The position numbers and the translations under genes were made by a program. 45,634 nucleotides of DNA from Octopus bimaculoides (taxonomy: Eukaryota), in NCBI RefSeq assembly GCF_001194135.2, contig NC_068984.1, forward strand, positions 12,870,472 to 12,916,105, in the 5' to 3' direction. Below the pieces are notes generated by a model, which did no database searches, was not told the DNA's origin, and saw only the letters and a list, made by a program, of their open reading frames with translations. Position 1 is the stretch's first letter, and each line of letters opens with the position of its first letter. Positions 38,345 through 45,634 of the stretch are shown one piece after another.

Positions 38345-39290
38345 CACCTCCGTCTCTTTCTAGAAACTTGACCATTATATCTTATTTTTCTTCCATTCCT
38401 TTTTGAGGTTTACTAATCACTTTAGTAACCGCTCCCTGTACCATTTTCTGTACCGATCCATCCAACTCAGTGCCTTCCAAACATATCACCCCACCTCTCA
38501 CTCAGATATATTCATTCTTTACATTCTTATCTCTTCCTATCCCTCCTTTATTCCTCTCTCATCCCCCTCGTAATATCTTGACCACCAACTAACACTCCTT
38601 TTTTCATTTTCTCTTCCTCTTTTTTCTTCCTTCTTTCCTCACCTATTCCTTTTGACCGTCTCCTCATTATAACATACATATCTTTTCACTCCTCTCTATC
38701 TACTAAATGCTACCACTACATTCTCAAAGTTTCGTTCATACCACAAGACTCCTGTGAATGAAGAGCACATGGAACCCATCTGTACACTTTCCATTTGTAA
38801 TGACAAAACATAAACTCCTATCGGAATTCACATACCATGGACAAGAGGCATTTCTAGTATTTTTACACACCACTTTTCTTAGATAATGGGACTGCAAATA
38901 TAACATCTTTATACATTTTTATTTTTATTTCTACATTCATTCTCCTATGTCCCTTTATACTTCTTATTTCCATCCTTTTCCAAAATAACTCCTCAAATTG
39001 TACTCTACTATTTAACAATCTCAGATCGTCCCTGATGAAGGGATATCCCTAATATCCCAGAAACAGCTCTAAGGCTAAGTTTCTATTTCTAAATATCCTA
39101 TAAATTCCACACAGCCTTGGTTTTGTTGTCTCATTTTATTCAAGATATACATGCTCAAACAAGACCTGCATTGGACTCCTCACTCATACTCGTATTATTA
39201 TCGACCCAAGAGTCTAACAATGGTCCTCCCATAGCACTTAAATAGCCTTACCTGCCACGTTGGGTCTTCTGGATACCAATACTTCTCATA
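38345..39290 (+). mobile_element. Probable PLE 3' UTR / pseudo-LTR region
   Basis: CT-rich non-coding tract containing a hammerhead whose flanks match the inverted copy at 36998-37088. Confidence 0.5.
39028..39076 (+). ncRNA. Minimal type I hammerhead ribozyme motif, cleavage triplet mutated
   Basis: CUGAUGA (39032-39038), perfect 7-bp stem II GGGAUAU/AUAUCCC, GAAAC (39060-39064), AGCU loop, then CUA in place of GUA. Confidence 0.7.
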
Positions 39291-39489
39291 TATATATATA
39301 TATATATATATATTCATTTTCCATGATTTTCATTTTTATCGTTTTCTCTTTATTATATATGCTAATTGTATACTTATATAACCATAACAATTTTAATCTA
39401 CTGAAACATCTGTAAAATACAACTAAAATACGAATTTTTGATGAAATAATTGTCTCTGCTTCTCTGTCTCTGACTCTGTTTTTGCCTGT

Positions 39490-39494
39490 ATGCC

Positions 39495-39543
<49 letters not shown>
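39490..39543. repeat. (TGTC)n microsatellite
   Basis: Direct reading. Confidence 0.95.
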
Positions 39544-39544
<1 letters not shown>

Positions 39545-40031
39545 CACGTATATATGTACATTATCGCTCTCGCCTAGCTTCAGCTTATCAAAACACTTTC
39601 TTAGTTTGCGTTGTATGGAAATATATGTTCCTTGAATATGACGAATATAGCTACAATTATGAGATTTTATTTTATATCCGAAATTGTAGAGCACTTTAAT
39701 GTAAAGAGTAACTCTATAGTTCAAAGCTTGCAGCGTTTTAACATTGTTTCCAATTTCTCCTGCTATGTTTTAAGTTGATAATGGCTGTATATATATCCAA
39801 TATTATTTCGAATAACTATCTCACTTTCAGGTCTGTTGATGAAGTGAATGCGTGTGTCTGTAGCTTATCTCAGAGAAGCACAGCTGTGTCCGGGCCCAAA
39901 TAGAAGAAAATAGTAAAACAAACAAAAACTCACCCGAAGCAAGTAAAACCAAATTAAACAAAAATATATTTTAATTTATGATTTGATAAACATTCTTAGT
40001 TCGTTCACCTTATTACATACGCACGCACACA

Positions 40032-40069
<38 letters not shown>

Positions 40070-40504
40070 CTATCTTTCTGTATACACACACACACTCACA
40101 CACAAACGCAGACACACATTAGCGGGGTCTGAAGAGACTCCGTACAGCCGAGCTTTTTATGCACATGAAACCTTGGATGACCCCACAGACCAGCTATAAC
40201 TATCTTCATATAATTATATATATATATATCATAATTCATTAATAAGAATATTGCTGAGAGTGACTTCGATGTTTCGGATAGTCTGACGATGGATCAACTG
40301 GCCAAAACTCCGAGGTTTTGTCAATATTATACATATATAGGTGCAGGAGTGGCTGTGTGGTAAGTAGCTTGCTTACCAACTACATGGTTCTGGGTTCAGT
40401 CCCACTGCGTGGCACCTTAGGCAACTGTCTTCTACTATAGCCTCGAGCCGACCAAATTCTTGTGAGTGTATACGGTAGACGAAAACAGAAAGAAGCCCGT
40501 CGTA

Positions 40505-40548
<44 letters not shown>

Positions 40549-40754
40549 NNNNNNNNNNNNNNNNNNNNNNNNNNNNNNNNNNNNNNNNNNNNNNNNNNNN
40601 NNATATACATGTGTGTGTGTGTGTGTGTGTGTGTTTATCTGTGTTTGTCCCCCCAACTTCGCTTGACAATCGATGCTGGTGTATTTACGTCCCCGTAACT
40701 TAGCAGTTCGGGATAAGAGACCGATAGAATAAGTACTATGCTTACAAAGAATAA

Positions 40755-40937
40755 TACAGTTCTATATTTAAGGGATGAGGAATTACGTACATTATTTACA
40801 TTATTTACATTCGACGGATATTTGTTCGAAATTTCCCCAAGACACCTGATGAAGTCTGGAGGGTATATCAGCCGAAACGTTGTATTAACAAACAAGATGA
40901 GGACAAATATCCGTCGAATGTGAATAATGTAAATAAT
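40755..40937 (+). mobile_element. Short hammerhead-bearing insertion (probably PLE-mobilised) with a 13-bp TSD and 35-bp inverted repeat
   Basis: TSD ttacaaagaataa at 40742-40754 and 40938-40950; IR 40791-40825 vs 40903-40937 matches 34/35. Confidence 0.85.
40841..40886 (+). ncRNA. Minimal type I hammerhead ribozyme motif
   Basis: gacac CUGAUGA (40846-40852) a gucug gaggguauau cagcc GAAAC (40874-40878) GUU guauu; stems I and II each carry one mismatch; palindromic ACGU in place of stem III. Confidence 0.75.
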
Positions 40938-41169
40938 TTACAAAGAATAAGTCCTGGGGTCGATTTGCTCGACTAAAGGCGGTGCTCCAGCATGGCCGCA
41001 GTCAAATGACTGAAAGAAGCAAAAGAGTAAAAGAGAGAGTAAGAGTATGTTTAAGAATAAAAAAATTGTACTCTACAAATGTATGCAGTAAACCTTCAGA
41101 TTAATATAAACATATATTGTACTTGTGTGTGAGTCTGTATCCCTGTGTATTCCTTTAAAATTATGAACA

Positions 41170-41575
41170 TAGGAGCAGAGGTGGCAGTGTGGTAAGAAGT
41201 TTGCTTCCCAACCACATAGTTCCAAGTTCAGTCCCACTGCGTGACACATTAAGCAAGTGTCTTCTACTATAACCTTGGGCGGACCAACGCCTTGTGAGTG
41301 GATTTGGTTGACGGAAAATGAAAGAAGCCCGTCGTATTTATATATATATATATATGTGTGTATTTATCTGTGCCTCTGTGTTTGTCCCTCCCGCCATCGC
41401 TTGACAACCGATGCTGGTGTGTTTTTGTCCCGTAACTTAGTGATTAAGTAAAAGATCGAATAAGTACTAGGCTTACAATAAATAAGCCCTAAGGTCGATT
41501 TGTTTTACTAAAACTCTTTAAAGCAATGCTCCCGTATGGCTGCAATCAAATGAATGAAACGAGTAAAAGAATAAA
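41170..41575 (+). mobile_element. Diverged SINE family A, full length
   Basis: ggtggcagtgtggtaagaagtttgc...aatgaatgaaacgagtaaaaga. Confidence 0.85.
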
Positions 41576-41609
41576 TGAATATGCAGACACATAGATCAAC
41601 CGATTTAAT

Positions 41610-41680
41610 GCTCGACCGGGGTCGATCTAATCGACTGGTTCCCTCCCCTCAAAATTTCTGGCCTTGTACCGAGAGTGGAA
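41610..41680 (+). mobile_element. SINE family B 3' fragment
   Basis: ggggtcgatctaatcgactggttccctcccctcaaaatttctggccttgt. Confidence 0.7.
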
Positions 41681-42182
41681 AAGAATTTAATACTCTAATA
41701 CTCTCTGATGAAATATTAGGAAGTAGCGAAGATTTAAGGGCAGACTCCCAGCAACAAGAACTAAACACCCTCCATCAATATGTTAAAAATATAGAAATAA
41801 CGGGTGGGAAAAAAATGGTCAATCGACGAAAAAAGAAAATGAAAACGTTTTGTGCGTGTGGACTGGGGAGGAAAAAACGATGACGTTGATTGGAAGAAAA
41901 TCGAGTGGGAGGAGTCAAATGATAGGAAATTGCAATAAACATACGGAACATCACAAACACACACACAGAGGCACACATACACACGTACACACGCACACTG
42001 ACATGCATGGCTGTGTGTTTAAGAAGTACGCATCGTTACCACGTGATTTGATATTCAGATTCAATGCGTGCCACCTTCGGTTAATGTTTTATATTATAGC
42101 CACAGGCTGAACAAAAACCTTGTTGAGTGAAGCTAGAAGACAGAAGCCAGGAAAACTGTGATGATGATGATGATTACGATGT

Positions 42183-42231
<49 letters not shown>

Positions 42232-42406
42232 CGAGTACGTTTGTTTGATTTTCACCGCCTTATATCCGCTGTAGGTTTGTTTAAGTTCGTCAAAACCTAT
42301 CCTTTCGACAAAACGAAATGAAAAGTAATAATTTATCTTGTAACATCCAACGAGCCGGTGTTCCAGCATGACTGAAAATAGTAGAAGAATGGACGAATAA
42401 AATGTG

Positions 42407-42407
42407 C

Positions 42408-42462
<55 letters not shown>
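42407..42462. repeat. (CTAT)n microsatellite running into a gap
   Basis: Direct reading. Confidence 0.95.
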
Positions 42463-43042
42463 NNNNNNNNNNNNNNNNNNNNNNNNNNNNNNNNNNNNNN
42501 NNNNNNNNNNNNNNNNNNNNNNNNNNNNNNNNNNNNNNNNNNNNNNNNNNNNNNNNNNNNNNNNNNNNNNNNNNNNNNNNNNNNNNNNNNNNNNNNNNNN
42601 NNNNNNNNNNNNNNNNNNNNNNNNNNNNNNNNNNNNNNNNNNNNNNNNNNNNNNNNNNNNNNNNNNNNNNNNNNNNNNNNNNNNNNNNNNNNNNNNNNNN
42701 NNNNNNNNNNNNNNNNNNNNNNNNNNNNNNNNNNNNNNNNNNNNNNNNNNNNNNNNNNNNNNNNNNNNNNNNNNNNNNNNNNNNNNNNNNNNNNNNNNNN
42801 NNNNNNNNNNNNNNNNNNNNNNNNNNNNNNNNNNNNNNNNNNNNNNNNNNNNNNNNNNNNNNNNNNNNNNNNNNNNNNNNNNNNNNNNNNNNNNNNNNNN
42901 NNNNNNNNNNNNNNNNNNNNNNNNNNNNNNNNNNNNNNNNNNNNNNNNNNNNNNNNNNNNNNNNNNNNNNNNNNNNNNNNNNNNNNNNNNNNNNNNNNAC
43001 ACACACACACACACACACACAGATACCCCCCCCACACACACA

Positions 43043-43890
43043 CACTGGGTGCGGTGAATAAACTGTCGTCTAAATTAAGCAAAAATGAAAATAACACTGA
43101 CATCTCATTTTAACAGATATATTTACCAAAATTACATAAAAATATCTTGAAATACTAAAGAGTAAATTTATTCAATAAAATCGCCATTGGCTTCAGTCAT
43201 GACCTCTAGACAAATTCGGAATCTTCTGCAACTCTTCTGGATGGTCTCCTTGTTTAAGTTGATGAATACTGCCATAAACTTTGCCATCAGTTCGTCTTTG
43301 GTGTTTCAAGGCGTTTTGTTGGTCTCTTGCTCAGCTGAGGTTGCATTCTCGGCAGTAGGCGTGATGTTAGGGGTGATGTGGACGCAGAAATTATCTGACA
43401 GCCATGACTGGGTTCTCGTGCTTGTGTGGAAAGGTGCCAAGTCTTGTTGCCAGATATAGAGTCATCCAGCAGCTACTCTCTTGAGCCAGGGCAGCACTAC
43501 CTCCTCTAGGCACTTGATGTAGGTCTCCGTGTTGAATCCGAGGCTAAGTGGGAAGATAAATGGAGGCACAACACCGCCATCACTAGTGATCACTCCAATC
43601 ATCATGATGTTGACTGGATGTTTGATTTTTATCACTCTCGGTGTATGTTCTCAGGTTGCACTGTCCTGAGATTCACACCCAAACACTCTGAAATGTTCGT
43701 ATTTGAACTTCCGGCGCGAACGCCAAGCAGTACCGCATGTTGTTTCCAAATTTCTGGCAGAGTGAATTGTCATGGTGCTGTTTTCTTCACAGACCGTGCC
43801 CAACTGACCCTACTATACCGTGTAAAATCAGAAAAAAACAATGCGCGAAATAAAAATATAAAATGGCGGCAATTTACCCATTGTGTTATA
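43043..43890 (-). mobile_element. Internally deleted Tc1/mariner (maT/DD37D-like) transposon; transposase remnant 43168-43773
   Basis: Minus: KIKHPVNIMMIGVITSDGGVVPPFIFP...YIKCLEEVVLPWLKRVAAG*LYIWQQDLAPFHTSTRTQSWLSDNF...KSCRRFRICLEVMTEANGDFIE*; degenerate TIR-like ends (gggtgcggtgaataaactgtcgtc / ggcggcaatttaccc). Confidence 0.88.
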
Positions 43891-44792
43891 TATNNNNNNN
43901 NNNNNNNNNNNNNNNNNNNNNNNNNNNNNNNNNNNNNNNNNNNNNNNNNNNNNNNNNNNNNNNNNNNNNNNNNNNNNNNNNNNNNNNNNNNNNNNNNNNN
44001 NNNNNNNNNNNNNNNNNNNNNNNNNNNNNNNNNNNNNNNNNNNNNNNNNNNNNNNNNNNNNNNNNNNNNNNNNNNNNNNNNNNNNNNNNNNNNNNNNNNN
44101 NNNNNNNNNNNNNNNNNNNNNNNNNNNNNNNNNNNNNNNNNNNNNNNNNNNNNNNNNNNNNNNNNNNNNNNNNNNNNNNNNNNNNNNNNNNNNNNNNNNN
44201 NNNNNNNNNNNNNNNNNNNNNNNNNNNNNNNNNNNNNNNNNNNNNNNNNNNNNNNNNNNNNNNNNNNNNNNNNNNNNNNNNNNNNNNNNNNNNNNNNNNN
44301 NNNNNNNNNNNNNNNNNNNNNNNNNNNNNNNNNNNNNNNNNNNNNNNNNNNNNNNNNNNNNNNNNNNNNNNNNNNNNNNNNNNNNNNNNNNNNNNNNNNN
44401 NNNNNNNNNNNNNNNNNNNNNNNNNNNNNNNNNNNNNNNNNNNNNNNNNNNNNNNNNNNNNNNNNNNNNNNNNNNNNNNNNNNNNNNNNNNNNNNNNNNN
44501 NNNNNNNNNNNNNNNNNNNNNNNNNNNNNNNNNNNNNNNNNNNNNNNNNNNNNNNNNNNNNNNNNNNNNNNNNNNNNNNNNNNNNNNNNNNNNNNNNNNN
44601 NNNNNNNNNNNNNNNNNNNNNNNNNNNNNNNNNNNNNNNNNNNNNNNNNNNNNNNNNNNNNNNNNNNNNNNNNNNNNNNNNNNNNNNNNNNNNNNNNNNN
44701 NNNNNNNNNNNNNNNNNNNNNNNNNNNNNNNNNNNNNNNNNNNNNNNNNNNNNNNNNNNNNNNNNNNNNNNNNNNNNNNNNNNNNNNNNNNN

Positions 44793-45172
44793 TAGCTGCA
44801 TGAGAAGGGAAGTGGTATACCAATGTGTGGTAAACACAAAGTATGAAAACAGGGCATACGTGGGTGCGACTAAAAATAGTATGAAACAAAGATTTAATTA
44901 TCACTACTACACGTTTAGGAACGGGAACAGAAGGAATTCTACCGGATTAAGTAGCTACATGGGAACTAAAGCATAAGGGCATCAATTTTAGCCTGCACTG
45001 GAAAATATTAGCATCCGCACCTGCATATAATAACAAAAATAGGAAATGCCTATTATGCATAAATGAAATCTTTTTCCTAATTAGGACCAAAATCCCGATT
45101 ATTAATAGTTTGAAGGAAAGAAACGTTTCATGCCTTCACAGAATGGGATGTACCTTCTCTAAATTCAAGTAG
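44793..45172 (+). mobile_element. Penelope-like element GIY-YIG endonuclease domain with one frameshift; upstream part lost in the gap
   Basis: EVVYQCVVNTKYENRAYVGATKNSMKQRFNYHYYTFRNGNRRNSTGLSSY, frameshift at ~44959, then WELKHKGINFSLHWKILASAPAYNNKNRKCLLCINEIFFLI...SCLHRMGCTFSKFK*. Confidence 0.9.
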
Positions 45173-45379
45173 AACTCAGGTCTAGATACTGCGCATGCTT
45201 TTAATAATACATATTTAAGTTAACCACTATTCTTATGCTAGGTTATGGCATATGTAATTATGTTATCTACACACATAGATCTAATATAGGAAAATACCTA
45301 GTACTAGGACACCGCTTTTCGCTAGCGATAACTAATTATGCCCTGCTGACATTGGGAGGGCTAACACTTGATACTTAGG

Positions 45380-45575
45380 TGAACATATATGTGGGTACAT
45401 ATATGTGCATGTGTATGTATGTATGTATATATATATATGTATGTATATGTATGTATGTGTATGTATATGTATATTTGTGTATGTGTGAGTGTGTGTGTGT
45501 GTGTATATGTGTGTGTGTATGTGTGTGTGTGTATATGTGTGTGTGGGTGTGTATATATATATATATATATATAGC
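45380..45575. repeat. Compound (TG)/(TA)/(TATG) microsatellite
   Basis: Direct reading. Confidence 0.9.
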
Positions 45576-45634
45576 TACAGAAATTAGGAGGTAAACCTAG
45601 CTTGATATTAGCATATAGGCAGGAAGACATACAC

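Larger units (their letters stand above)
40340..41043 (+). mobile_element. SINE family A, full length, carrying a 183-bp nested insertion
   Basis: SINE is collinear once 40755-40937 and one TSD copy are removed. Confidence 0.92.

Noticed and set aside
40124-40325. Hammerhead near-misses (ctgaaga...gaaac with ggggt/acccc; ctgacga...aaac)
   Set aside because: Essential core positions (U16.1, G12) or stems are missing; not supportable.
41705-41740. CTGATGA motif
   Set aside because: No GAAA or stems follow.
4802-45630. ORFs with poly-I, poly-Y, poly-L, (HT)n, (YI)n, (CV)n or X runs
   Set aside because: They are translations of microsatellites or N-gaps, not genes.

Overview
AT-rich, repeat-saturated eukaryotic (animal) genomic DNA with 11 N-gaps, almost all flanked by microsatellites, as in a short-read draft assembly. 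The SINE families resemble those I recall from octopus genomes; this taxon call is from memory and unverified. I recognise no confident host protein-coding exon, rRNA, true tRNA gene or CRISPR array, and most ORFs in the track are microsatellite or N artefacts. Contents: three tRNA-derived SINE families (about 25 copies), three R4/Dong-type RLE LINE remnants, an L1/Tx1 3' end, a CR1/L2-group 3' end, two internally deleted Tc1/mariner (maT-like) transposons, two MITEs, a probable solo LTR, and two Penelope-like (PLE) GIY-YIG remnants. The most notable signal is three minimal type I hammerhead ribozyme motifs. One lies in a 183-bp, TSD-flanked, self-folding insertion inside a SINE (40755-40937). 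The other two are an inverted pair bracketing a PLE GIY-YIG remnant (about 37.0 and 39.0 kb).
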